Source of the DNA: an uncultured Spirochaetota bacterium | Lineage (GTDB): Bacteria; Spirochaetota; Spirochaetia; SZUA-6; Fen-1364 | Direction of reading: 5' to 3' | Assembly: GCA_963820525.1 (NCBI GenBank) | Contig: CAWGAA010000001.1 | Coordinates: forward strand, 160,001 to 224,000 | Length of the DNA stretch: 64,000 nucleotides | Shown here: positions 49,571 through 59,716 of the stretch, piece after piece | Layout: the number at the start of each line of letters is the position of its first letter | Numbering within the stretch: the first letter of the stretch is position 1 | Position numbers and translations under genes: made by a program | The notes under the pieces: generated by a model | Told to the model about the DNA's origin: nothing | The model's input: only the letters and a program-made list of their open reading frames with translations | Database searches by the model: none

Positions 49571-51601
49571 ATGGCAGGTATTGACCTTCCCAAAAGCCCG
49601 AATGTGTTCCACCCGGAGAAACCGAGTGCAGTCGGGTCCCGCAACTCCCTCGCCCAGGAGTTCAGGGATCAGCAGGCTGAGGTCGACCTCCTTCTCAGCG
49701 AAGAAGTAGATAAAGTACTGAATCATCTCACCTCGAAACTACCAAAGGAAGTCGCCGAAAAACTCGACGTCATGGGTGGGTTGAAGGAGAAGCTGTACAA
49801 CTACTTCAACCAGAACTACCAGAACATGTTCAACCGCTACATCGTCACCACGGAAGACGAAATGGTGAAGAAGGTGCGGAACTTCATCGACAAGGAAGAG
49901 ATGAAGGCCCTCGCCCGCTACACTCCCAAGGAGATCGCGGCCCTCCTGGATCAGGTGGGCGGCATCGACAAGTTCAACACGGGTGAAATCGAGAAATCGA
50001 TTGTCAACATGTTCGGCCACTTGCAGGGCCACATCCAGCGCGGCGTCAACGATCTGGAGAACCTCACCAACAGCCTCCTCCGCCAGAAGACCGACGTCGG
50101 CGCGTTCATCAGGGGCGAGAACGCGTACTCCATCGTGAAGTGCTCCTTCAAGGACAACGCGATAAAGCCCAAGACCGTCACTGACGTGAAGCTCTCGGTC
50201 AACATCCTCGACTCCGAGCTCATCAGCCCCATCTTCCACTATCAGGTCACCGTGGAGTTCCTGATCAAGGACCTCATCTCCAAGAACATCATGGACCTGA
50301 TCGACAAGGAGATCGAGAAGCTCAAGGACCAGCTGGTGGACGAGGGCAAGGAAGAGCTCTCCGACGGCGAGATCCTCTTCGAAAAGATGGAGAGGGTGGA
50401 GAAGTTCACCTCGGACGACAAGGACGACCCCAAGTCCAAGAGGTACAGCTTCTTCGCCAAGAGCCTGATGGACAAGATCGAGGGTCTGCGCGCCGAGATC
50501 GATCCCGAGGAATACGATCCGGTCAACGTTCGCGAGAACCTGAAAAAGATCATCGACCTTGAGAACATCAGGAACAGGGGCTTCAACACGGCCATCAACT
50601 CCATCACCTCCATCCTCGACACCTCCAAGATGGGCTACCAGCACGTGGAGAACCTCAAGAACGCCCGCGAGCTGGTGCTGAGGGAGTATGAGGACACGGA
50701 TGCCAGCCAGGTGCCCGATGAGAGGTACTCCATCCGGCTGAAGTATTACGACCAGGCCCAGCTGCTGGAGGAGCGCAAGTCCTACGACGTTCAGGCCAAG
50801 AGCTTCGAGGTCGAGGTCCAGCACCTGTGGGACGTGCTCGAGATGGTCTATGAAGACTCCAAGTTCATGAAGGGCGTGGTCGATTTCAGCGACCTGGCCA
50901 GGAGAATGAAGGGAAAGATCAAGAGGAGGATCAAGGCCAAGACGGGAGATCCCCTCTACGAAGACATCGAGAAGTCGTGGGACGAGATCATCTTCGTCCG
51001 GCCGGGAGACACCGAGGTCGAGCGGATGAACCGCACCTACATCCCCGAAAAGGACAAGATCAAGAGACGGATCATCCTCATGAGGGACAAGCTGCAGAAG
51101 CTGTACGGCTACCGCTACCCGATCCAGCGCCGGGTCATGGAAGATCGGCTTACCTATCTCGAGAAGGATTTCCTGAAGTTCGAATACATGATCAACCCGT
51201 ACCACATCCAGCCCGGCCTTCTGCTCGACGTGGACATCACCTCGATCAAGAGGAAGAAGGCGACCCTTGACGGAATGTCCAACGTGCTCAACGAGTTCCT
51301 CTATGGAGTGTCGAAGGGATTCCAGGATGCGGCTTTCGCTTCCTTCTCCCGCAGGCGCTCCACGGTCAGGGCGGACATTGCCCAGTCCTTTGCCGGCACT
51401 TCCCCCGGGCAGGAGCAGCCAACCGAGGGCGCGCCCTCCAAGGGCTCCGAGTACCTCGACATGATCAATGTCCCCGCGGCGGCGGAGTCAAAGGCACCCG
51501 CCCGCACTCCGGGCGTCGTGGACGTGTCCAAGCGAGGACGGAGACCCGCCAGGAGGGGCAGGCCCCGGAGGGGCGGTGACGCGGGCTTGAGAGAAATCTA
51601 A
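49571..51601 (+). CDS. cfpA: Cytoplasmic filament protein A
   Basis: Recognisable N-terminus [26 protein letters not shown]; 676 aa, coiled-coil rich; C-terminal [10 protein letters not shown]. Confidence 0.92.
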   Translation: MAGIDLPKSPNVFHPEKPSAVGSRNSLAQEFRDQQAEVDLLLSEEVDKVLNHLTSKLPKEVAEKLDVMGGLKEKLYNYFNQNYQNMFNRYIVTTEDEMVKKVRNFIDKEEMKALARYTPKEIAALLDQVGGIDKFNTGEIEKSIVNMFGHLQGHIQRGVNDLENLTNSLLRQKTDVGAFIRGENAYSIVKCSFKDNAIKPKTVTDVKLSVNILDSELISPIFHYQVTVEFLIKDLISKNIMDLIDKEIEKLKDQLVDEGKEELSDGEILFEKMERVEKFTSDDKDDPKSKRYSFFAKSLMDKIEGLRAEIDPEEYDPVNVRENLKKIIDLENIRNRGFNTAINSITSILDTSKMGYQHVENLKNARELVLREYEDTDASQVPDERYSIRLKYYDQAQLLEERKSYDVQAKSFEVEVQHLWDVLEMVYEDSKFMKGVVDFSDLARRMKGKIKRRIKAKTGDPLYEDIEKSWDEIIFVRPGDTEVERMNRTYIPEKDKIKRRIILMRDKLQKLYGYRYPIQRRVMEDRLTYLEKDFLKFEYMINPYHIQPGLLLDVDITSIKRKKATLDGMSNVLNEFLYGVSKGFQDAAFASFSRRRSTVRADIAQSFAGTSPGQEQPTEGAPSKGSEYLDMINVPAAAESKAPARTPGVVDVSKRGRRPARRGRPRRGGDAGLREI

Positions 51602-51619
51602 GTCCTCTCCATGAGATAG

Positions 51620-51657
51620 ATGGTGACCTTCTCACGGAGGTCACCATTTTCATTTTT
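51620..51657 (+). terminator. Rho-independent terminator after cfpA
   Basis: ATGGTGACCTTC-tcac-GGAGGTCACCAT followed by TTTCATTTTT. Confidence 0.75.
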
Positions 51658-51692
51658 CAGCGTTTTTTGAGCAGAGATAGAGGGAAGAACAC

Positions 51693-52727
51693 ATGCAGGA
51701 ACAACTCCATCTGTTTGACGGGCTCAGCACACGCGATGGGTTCAACAAGTCTCTCAAGCACTTCAAGTTCATCGCGAATGTCATTGGCGAGTTCGAGAGA
51801 AACCGCAATCTTGCGGAAGTCCTGAGTGACAGCCTGGCGGAAAAGTCGATCGAGCCTGACCAGGTTCTTCCCACGATCTGCGCCATCCTCGTGGACAAAT
51901 ACCACTACGCGTACCGCTCGTACAACCTCGAGGAGAACTTCGAGGATTTCGACGCGGTAGCGGCGGAGGCGAGCAAGTGGAAGGCCGTGGACCTCGTCGT
52001 GGCCTACTTCCACCCCGAGCTCGGCGTCGTGGCGGTCAATCCCAAGAACCCTGCCCACTGGAGCGTGGTCCAGAGCCTGAAGAAGAACGAGCTGGTCACC
52101 GTTTTTGCCGGCGCGTTCCAGAAAACGACCACAAGCGATACGTACATGCAGGCGATCGAGCTCCTCCTCTCCATGATCCAGGGGGGGAAGGTCCGCACCC
52201 CCGCGGCGCTCACCAAGGGCCGCTTCGTGCAGAGGGCACCCTCCAAGGCGCCGGCTCCCGCGGCCGCACCCAGGCGCGTGGGCCGTCCAAAGTCAGCCAG
52301 AGCGGCTTCGGCTGCTCCCGCCGGCGCGGCACCTGCCGCGGCCTCGGTGGCAGCGGCCGCGGCCGCCGCTCCCGCAGCCGCTCCATCCGGCGCGCGCAAG
52401 AAGATGACTCCCATGTACGGGATCGTCGTGACGAACGAGCTGTTCCACAACGGGAACGTGGAGGCCTGGAAAAAGATCATCCAGAGCTATACGACGAAAT
52501 ACCCCGGATTGGAGGTGTACGTCTTCTACGAGGGCGAGCGAATCCACGACATCAACACCCTCTTCAAGTGGGGGAAGGTGAAGCACGGGAGCGCCATCAT
52601 GATCTCCGTGGCGGGAGACGATATCAGGGACGTCGCCAAGCTCAACCGTTACCTGAAACAGGGAGCGAGCCATATGTTCGAGGCTTTCCTGAAGGCTCCC
52701 GTCAACGCGATTCTCAATCTCTTTTGA
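51693..52727 (+). CDS. Hypothetical protein: N-terminal domain, Ala/Pro linker and C-terminal HPr-like domain
   Basis: C-terminal IVVTNELFH...VKHGSAIMISVAGDD...L matches the HPr pattern by eye; long Ala/Pro linker. Confidence 0.6.
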   Translation: MQEQLHLFDGLSTRDGFNKSLKHFKFIANVIGEFERNRNLAEVLSDSLAEKSIEPDQVLPTICAILVDKYHYAYRSYNLEENFEDFDAVAAEASKWKAVDLVVAYFHPELGVVAVNPKNPAHWSVVQSLKKNELVTVFAGAFQKTTTSDTYMQAIELLLSMIQGGKVRTPAALTKGRFVQRAPSKAPAPAAAPRRVGRPKSARAASAAPAGAAPAAASVAAAAAAAPAAAPSGARKKMTPMYGIVVTNELFHNGNVEAWKKIIQSYTTKYPGLEVYVFYEGERIHDINTLFKWGKVKHGSAIMISVAGDDIRDVAKLNRYLKQGASHMFEAFLKAPVNAILNLF

Positions 52728-52830
52728 GCGGCGTTTGCCTTTGGCAGGCCGCTGATTTAGCGCGGCGTACGGAACAGGTAAGCCGCCGCTGATACAAGAG
52801 CGGCGTTTGCCTCCGGCAAGCCGCCGCTGA
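52726..52830. repeat. Three tandem REP-like imperfect palindromes
   Basis: GAGCGGCGTTTGCCT at 52726 and 52798; AAGCCGCCGCTGA twice; unit 3 folds as AGCGGCG.TTTGCC-tcc-GGCAAG.CGCCGCT. Confidence 0.75.
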
Positions 52831-52850
52831 GGTGCAAGGGAAGGAAAGGC

Positions 52851-55492
52851 ATGAAGAAGAACATCTATTTCTTCGCCCAGGGCGAAGCGAACACCAAGCC
52901 CCAGGTCCTCGAGAGGATCGGCATCCGCGGGCGTCTGGCCATGGAGCTTGCCGACCTCGATCTTCCCATACTCCCCGGTTTCATCATCGACGCGGACGTC
53001 GCCTCCCACCTCAAGGACTACAAGATCCGGCCGGCCCTCGAGCCGTGGTTCGACAAGCTGGCCAAGCTCACCGGCAAGAGCTTCGGTGACGCGGACAATC
53101 CCATGCTGGTGAAGATCGTCATCAGCCCCAACCTCGTGATCGCCACCTATCCGACCCTCCACAACTACGGCCTTACCGAAAAGACCCTCAACGGGTTCAA
53201 CGCCTTCGTCGGGGAAAACTTCGGCCTGCACGAGCTGCAGTTTCTCACCCGGGGAAACCTCGAGATCGAGCTCGCTATAGCCGAGATCGAGGGGCGAGAG
53301 AAGGAGGCCAAGGCCCTGAAGCAGTCGATCAAGCAGCTGGATGCCGACATGGATTCCGAGATGGACGCGAAACGAAGGAGGGAGTGCGTCACCAAGTACA
53401 TGGCAATGCTTCCCGAAGGCTTCTTCGCGGACTCGTTCTCCCAGCTGGAGATCGCGCTCAACAGGATCAGCCATCTTCTTTCCATAAACGACCAGAACCA
53501 GGAAGACACGGCGCTCCTCATCCAGCCCATGGTTTACGGAAACTATGGAAAGGATTCCGCATACGGGCAGTTCTACACCCGAAACATCGTCACCGGAGAC
53601 AAGCAGATTCAAGGCGAGTTCTTCCAGAGCAAGTTCAACGCCATCGGCGCCTCCGGGTCAGAGATCGAAAAGATCGCGAAGAACTACTTCAACGATCTGG
53701 AACGGATAGCCCACAGGGTGGAGGACCATTTCAAGGAGATCCGCTCCATCCGCTTCACCGTCGAAAACAAGAGGCTGTGGCTCATCGATCAGCGCTCCGT
53801 GATGACCAAGTCCACGCAGTCGGACATCCGCACCCTTCTGGACCTGCACTCCAGAAAGATCGTGAACGACGAGTACGTCATCAACCAGATAAAGCCGGGA
53901 CAGCTGAACGAGATCCTGCACCCCATCATCAACCTCTCCTCGGTGCAGAAAATGAAGAACCTCTCCGGCGGCATCGCGGGTGCCCCGGGGGCGGCCATCG
54001 GACGGGTGTTCTTCAGCACGGCCGGGCTTCTGGACGCATTCAAGAGCGCTCAAAAACTGGGCCAGGACACCAAGCTCATCCTCTGCCTGCCCGCAAGCTT
54101 CGCGGAGGACGTCAAGGCGATCGAGGTCGCCACGGGGTCCTCTCCACGGAAGGCGGCTATTCGGCCCACGCCTCCGTCGTTGCGCGCCAGTACGGGAAGG
54201 TGTCGTTTGTGAAGCCGGACATGAAGATCCGCGGCAACCGCGCTACCGTGGGGGACACCGTGATCAAGGAGGGTGATTACCTCACCCTGAACGTCCCCTT
54301 CTACGGAATTCCCTCCGTCTACCTCGGCAAGGCCGAGCTCATCGAGCCGGATCCCGAGGAGTCGGGGATGCTCGACTTCCTGAAGATCGTCCAGAAGTTC
54401 GTGACGCGCTTCCACGTGAGGACCAATGCCGACACTCCCCGGGACGCGGCTCTCGCGCGGACATTCGGGGCCCGCGGCATCGGGCTGTGCCGCACCGAGC
54501 ACATGTTCTTCGCCGAAAAACGGATCAACGTTTTCCGCGAGATGGTGATCTCCGGCTCCCTGGAGGAGAGGAAAAAGGCCCTGGCCAAGCTGCAGCCCAT
54601 GCAGCAGGCGGACTTCTACAAGCTGTTCAAGATCATGGAGGGAAACCCCGTCATCATACGGCTGCTCGACGCCCCGCTCCACGAGTTCCTGCCCCATAAC
54701 GAAACGGAGATGGAGCAGTTCATGAGCTACCTCAACGCGGGCAAGAAGGCCGACGCCCGGCTGCCCGAGAGGGAGGTGCGGGCGCGCTGCGATGCCCTGC
54801 ACGAGTTCAACCCGATGCTGGGCCACAGGGGATGCCGAATCGCCGTCTCGTATCCCGAGATCTACGAAATGCAGGTCCGCGGTATCTTCGAGGCCGTCTA
54901 TACGCTGAAAAAGGAAGGGATCAAGGTCCAGCCCGAGATCATGATCCCGATCATCATGAACGAAAACGAGCTGAAGCTCATCATCTTCGGCAAAAAGATC
55001 GAGGGCAAGCACATCCGCGGCCTCGTGGACGTCGAGAAGGACGTTCGGGACAGCTTCAAGGCCAGGCCAGCGGAGTACATGATCGGGACCATGGTCGAGC
55101 TTCCCGCCGCGGCGCTGGGAGCCGACCACCTGTCGCGATACGCCCAGTTCTTCTCCTTCGGGACCAACGATCTCACCCAGACCACGATCGGGCTCTCTCG
55201 CGACGACTTCAACACCTTCATGCCGGACTACACGCAGTTCGACCTTCTCGAGGGAAACCCCTTCCAGCTGCTCAATCCCCAGGTGAAAGAGCTGATCCAG
55301 ATGGCGGTCAAGCGCGGCCGGATGTCCCGGCCGGACCTCGAGGTGGGTCTCTGCGGCGAGCATGGGGCCATCCCGGAGAACGTGCGTTTCTGCATCGACG
55401 CGGGGCTCGATTACGTTTCCTGTTCCCCGTACTCCGTGCCCATCGCGAACCTGGCCATCGCCCAGATCATGATCGAGAAAGCGGCGAAATAG
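52851..55492 (+). CDS. ppdK: Pyruvate phosphate dikinase homologue (divergent N-terminal domain); frameshift in G4 at 54134-54137
   Basis: QPMVYGN, GGYSAHASVVARQYG, GIGLCRTEHMF, IRLLD, NPMLGHRGCR, FSFGTNDLTQ, GLCGEHG. Adding one G joins ORFs 52851..54212 and 53384..55492. Confidence 0.88.
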
Positions 55493-55516
55493 CTGGGCGA
55501 GACGCGACCGAAAGCA

Positions 55517-55548
55517 ATAAAAAAGGGGGCGAAAGCCCCCTTTTTTAT
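55517..55548. terminator. Bidirectional rho-independent terminator
   Basis: ATAAAAAAGGGGGC-GAAA-GCCCCCTTTTTTAT between convergent genes. Confidence 0.92.
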
Positions 55549-55583
55549 CGTCACTGCGCTGATTGACGGGCCTGCGGCACCCG

Positions 55584-56135
55584 CTACTTGGCCCAGATGC
55601 TGAAGCGATTCAGGCACTTCTCGACGAGGCCGGCAACCTTGTCGGCGTCGTCCTTGGGAACATTCGCTTCCTTGTTGAGAGTGGTCTCGAAAAAGCTCTT
55701 GATGGTTTCCATGACGTCGGCAAGGTTGTAGAAGAGGAAAGCGAAGTTGATTCCCGACGGCTTGATGATCGTGAAGGATCCATAGGTGAGAATGGGCTCC
55801 TTGCTCACCATCACCTTGGTCTGGTTCTTCGAGGTGAGGATCTCCAGCTCCGAGAAGCGGTGGGGGATCTGCTCCTTTGACTGCCTGCGGAACGGCTCAA
55901 GGTGCTTCTGGGCATAATTGGGAGGCTCGCTGAGGACGAAGAGCTTGTTGCCGTCGGTCTGGAAGGTGAGGCCCTCCTCGGAAAGGTAGATGCTCTTCAC
56001 CCCATTGTACGCAACGACTTCATACTTCGAATATGCCGAGTTCTCGTCGAGGAAAGAGGAGATGATGTATCCCCCCTCCTTGGGCAGCTTGTTCTCGCCG
56101 TAGGCCTGAAATAAATCGAGGGCTTTCGTTGCCAT
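55584..56135 (-). CDS. Hypothetical protein
   Basis: AGGAGG RBS, TTGAAT...TGaTATAAT promoter and coding-like codon usage; no recognisable motif. Confidence 0.8.
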   Translation of the reverse strand: MATKALDLFQAYGENKLPKEGGYIISSFLDENSAYSKYEVVAYNGVKSIYLSEEGLTFQTDGNKLFVLSEPPNYAQKHLEPFRRQSKEQIPHRFSELEILTSKNQTKVMVSKEPILTYGSFTIIKPSGINFAFLFYNLADVMETIKSFFETTLNKEANVPKDDADKVAGLVEKCLNRFSIWAK

Positions 56136-56249
56136 ACCGCTCTCCTCCTAGAGACGATTATATCAGGAAGAACGTGAAATTCAAGGAACAGATCCGACTC
56201 AGCCGTATCGAAGGGGCCCTTTCTCAAGGCAAAGCCATGCACCCCCGCC

Positions 56250-58161
56250 TCAGCTCTCCACGCCGGCGGCCCTGCGGTACTCCTCGGCGCGGGAGAGGAA
56301 TGTAGTGGCGAACTCGCCGTTTCCCATCTTGCGGTAGACCATTCCGAGGTTCCGGTATGCCCTCCAGTCCCGGGGCGAGAGGGAGATCGCCCTGCGGAAA
56401 GTCTCCGCCGACTTCTCCATCGCCTTCTCCTGGAAGTGCAGGACACCGAGCATCAGGAGAAGCGAGAGCTTCTCCCCGTGCACCTTGAGGAACCCCTCGA
56501 TGACCTGGATCCCGATGTTGCGGGCCCCCAGCTTGTCCAGGCAGTAGACGACGGCCTTGACCAGCTCCTCGGAGTCCGGCTTCTCGCGCAGCAGGTCCTT
56601 CAGGATGATCAGGGCGTCCGAATACTTTCCGCTCCTCCTGAAGCAGAGGGCAAGCATCGATTTGAGCCTTCCGTTTTTCGGTTCGGAAGGAAGAAGCCGC
56701 GCGATGTGCACCGCGGCATCGGCGAAGTCTTCCAGCTCCAGAAGGATTCGAACGAGAGCCCTGCGCGTCTTTCTGTCCTCGGGATTCAAATCGAGGTAGC
56801 GCGCGTAGACGCCCTTGAGCTTTTCCCTGTTGCGGAGGGAATCGTAGATGGAGGCCAGGGCGAGAAGGGCGCCTCCGTCATCCGCGGAGACCTTCAGCGT
56901 GCGGATGAACCATCCTTCGGCCAGCTCGGGCAGGCCCGCCTTCAGGTACGTACCGGCGAGGGCGGACATGAGCAGGGGGTCGGGGCCCTTCACGCGGATC
57001 TGCTGCTGCAATGCCGTGATCGCCTCCTCGGCTGGAGCGCCGGTTCTGGCCAGGGCGAGTGAGTTGAAGTACAGCGCCACCGGGTCGGCGGGATGGTTTT
57101 TCAGTATCCTTCGGGCATGGGAAAGGAGCTCTCCATGCTCGCCCAGCTCCCACAGAACGGCGAGCAGGGCGCAGTGTATCTCCAGCGATTCCCTGTCTCT
57201 CTCAATGGCGCGAAGGTAGTGGTTTCTGGCCTTGACGTAGTCGCCGAGGTTGCGGTACGCCTCGGCGACGAGGGCGTGAAGCTGGGGGTCGTCGTACGCT
57301 CCCTTGAGCAGCTTGGTGGCGGAGAAGATCGCCTCCTTGTAGCGCCCCTCGCTGAAGCGCCGCACGGCGATGATGCGAAGGATCTCCTCGGGGTTCTGGC
57401 CGACGGCGGTCTCCGTCTTGAGGAAAGCAGTCCCCGCTCGGATCTCTTCCCCGGCTGCTGTCTTCCTGCCCAGGTCCAGGAGCACGAGGGATTTCTGGAG
57501 GTGAAGGAGGGGATCCTCGGGGGAAATCCGGCAGGCGGCGTCGATGTGGAAGAGGGCCTTCTCCCCCTCGCCCAGCTCGCGATAGATCGTGGCGAGATAG
57601 AGGTGGGGCGCCATGGCGGGGCCGCGCAGGCGCAGGATCTCATCGAACAGCCCGGCGGCTTCGATGAGCCTTCCATGGTAGAAGAGCTTTATGGCAGCCA
57701 CCAGAGTTGCGTTGAGCAGGCCCGCGAGCAGGCTCTTGCTGGCCGGGTCGAGCTCCAGGGCCTTTCTGAAGAAAGCGAGCGATCTCTCGGGCCTGCGCGC
57801 CTTGAGGCAGGCGAAGCCGAGCAGGCCGTATGCCTGGGAAAAGTCGGGGTTTCTTTCAACGGCTTCCCGGAGGCTGCGGATTGCGGCGGGATACATCTCC
57901 AGGGCGATCAGTGACCTGCCCAGGAAGAAATGACCGGCCGCCGAATCGGGCTTCAACCGGACATAGGAATCGAGGGCGCGGACCGCCTTCTCCAGCTCTC
58001 CCAGGGCGTGGTAGCTCCTGCCGAGATAGAGCAGGGCCTGGGGGTAGCCGTCCGAGGTGCCCACCAGGCGCGTGAGAAGCTCCACGGCTTTTGCGTAATC
58101 CCGCCGCCTGCCCGCTTCGATGGCTTGCTGGAACACCTCTGCGCTGTCGCGCGTGGCGCAT
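56250..58161 (-). CDS. Long tetratricopeptide-repeat protein; the SD-preceded ATG (58161) is out of frame by one base
   Basis: Many TPRs (ALLYLGRSYHALG, GHFFLGRSL, AYRNLGMVY); AAGGAGG precedes ATG 58161. Confidence 0.85.
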
Positions 58162-58276
58162 CCCTCCTTTTCGCCCTGCCGCGCTCCGAATATACCATCG
58201 AACGAGATTGCTTTACAAACCCGCCAATCTCCTTTACAAATGGACTCCATGGGTCGCGACGGCAACGGGGATCGAA

Positions 58277-59716
58277 ATGGAATCTCGTGACATTTTCTCC
58301 AACATCTCGCCTCTGGACCACCGCTACTCGCTGTCCGACCCCGACCTGTTCCACGAGCTGCAGGGGTACTTGAGCGAGGATGCGGCGGTGCGTGCCTGCG
58401 TGCGGGTGGAGGTCGCCCTCCTGAAGGCGCTCCTTTCCCGGGACGCCGTGCTGGCAAAGCGCGTGGACCTCATTTCCTCGCTTGACGCGATCGGGCAATC
58501 CATCAGCCCCGAGGACGTCTACGCCGAGGAGGAGAAGACCCGGCACAACATCCGCGCCCTGGTGAACGTGCTGAAGGCCAGGGTTGCCGAGGAGGCGAAA
58601 CCCCTCGTTCACCTCGGCGCGACTTCCGTGGATATCCTCGATACGGCCGCCTCGATCCGCTACAGGGACGCGGTTCGCCGCGTGATCCTCCCGCTCCTCC
58701 TCGACCTGGAAGAGGAGCTGATTGCCCGAGCCAGGCAGGAGGTGGACACGCCGCAGATCGGCCGCACGCATGGACAGCATGCCGTGCCCATCACCTTCGG
58801 ATTCGCCATGTCCCTGTACGTTTCCCGGCTGGGCAAGTCCATCCAGCGCCTCGAAGCGAAGGCGGGTAACCTCCGGGGCAAGCTCTCCGGCGCCGTCGGC
58901 GCCTACAACGCCACCTCGCTCCTGGTCAAGGATCCCGAGGAGTTGGAGCGCGTATTCCTCGCAGGCCTGGGCCTCGAGCCGTCGGAGACCTCGACGCAGC
59001 TGGTGGAGCCCGAGCACCTGCTCGAGCTGCTCTTGGAGATGAATACGGCCTTCGGAATCATCGCCAACCTCGCGGACGATCTTCGAAACCTCCAGAGGAG
59101 CGAGATCGGCGAAGTGCGGGAGGAGTTTGCCGAGAGCCAGGTCGGCTCATCCACGATGCCGCAGAAGCGAAATCCGTGGAACTCCGAGCATGTGAAGAGC
59201 CTGTGGAAGGCGTTTTTCCCCAGAGCCATGACCTTTTTCATGGATCAGATATCGGAGCACCAGCGGGACCTCACCAATTCGGCGTCGTCGCGGTTCGTTG
59301 CCGACTACATGGCGGGATTCGCCTGTGCGGTCTCGCGCGCCCGAACCGTCGTGCGCTCCCTCTCCGTCAACCGCACCCGCATGGCGGAGAACCTCGCAAA
59401 AAGCGGAGACTTGGTGTTCTCCGAGCCTCTCTACGTCCTTCTAGCCCGTGGAGGAGTCCCGGACGCTCACGAGCGGATCCGCAGGGCAACTCTTCGAGCC
59501 GAAAAAAGCGGGGAGCGGCTGCGGGATGTGCTTCGCCAGGATGCCGAGCTCTGGCGGATCCTCGATAGAAACCTCTCCGAGACAATCGGGATGAACGCGG
59601 AGGGCTTCCTCTCCGATCCGTCGAAGTACACGGGGCGCGCGGCTGCCAAGGCCGCTGCAATCGCCGAGAGGTATTCGACCCTGGTGGATGCCCTTCGCAA
59701 GGAGTTGAAGTCATGA
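58277..59716 (+). CDS. purB: Adenylosuccinate lyase
   Basis: ISPLDHRY, HLGATSVD, GRTHGQHA, GSSTMPQKRNP. Confidence 0.96.
   Translation: MESRDIFSNISPLDHRYSLSDPDLFHELQGYLSEDAAVRACVRVEVALLKALLSRDAVLAKRVDLISSLDAIGQSISPEDVYAEEEKTRHNIRALVNVLKARVAEEAKPLVHLGATSVDILDTAASIRYRDAVRRVILPLLLDLEEELIARARQEVDTPQIGRTHGQHAVPITFGFAMSLYVSRLGKSIQRLEAKAGNLRGKLSGAVGAYNATSLLVKDPEELERVFLAGLGLEPSETSTQLVEPEHLLELLLEMNTAFGIIANLADDLRNLQRSEIGEVREEFAESQVGSSTMPQKRNPWNSEHVKSLWKAFFPRAMTFFMDQISEHQRDLTNSASSRFVADYMAGFACAVSRARTVVRSLSVNRTRMAENLAKSGDLVFSEPLYVLLARGGVPDAHERIRRATLRAEKSGERLRDVLRQDAELWRILDRNLSETIGMNAEGFLSDPSKYTGRAAAKAAAIAERYSTLVDALRKELKS

Noticed and set aside
52851..55492. ppdK as a true split gene or pseudogene
   Set aside because: One missing G in a G4 run explains the split, both halves are otherwise intact, and similar indels recur across the window.
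58162..58276. Purine or ZTP riboswitch upstream of purB
   Set aside because: The region is short, shared with a divergent promoter, and shows no recognisable aptamer core or terminator.
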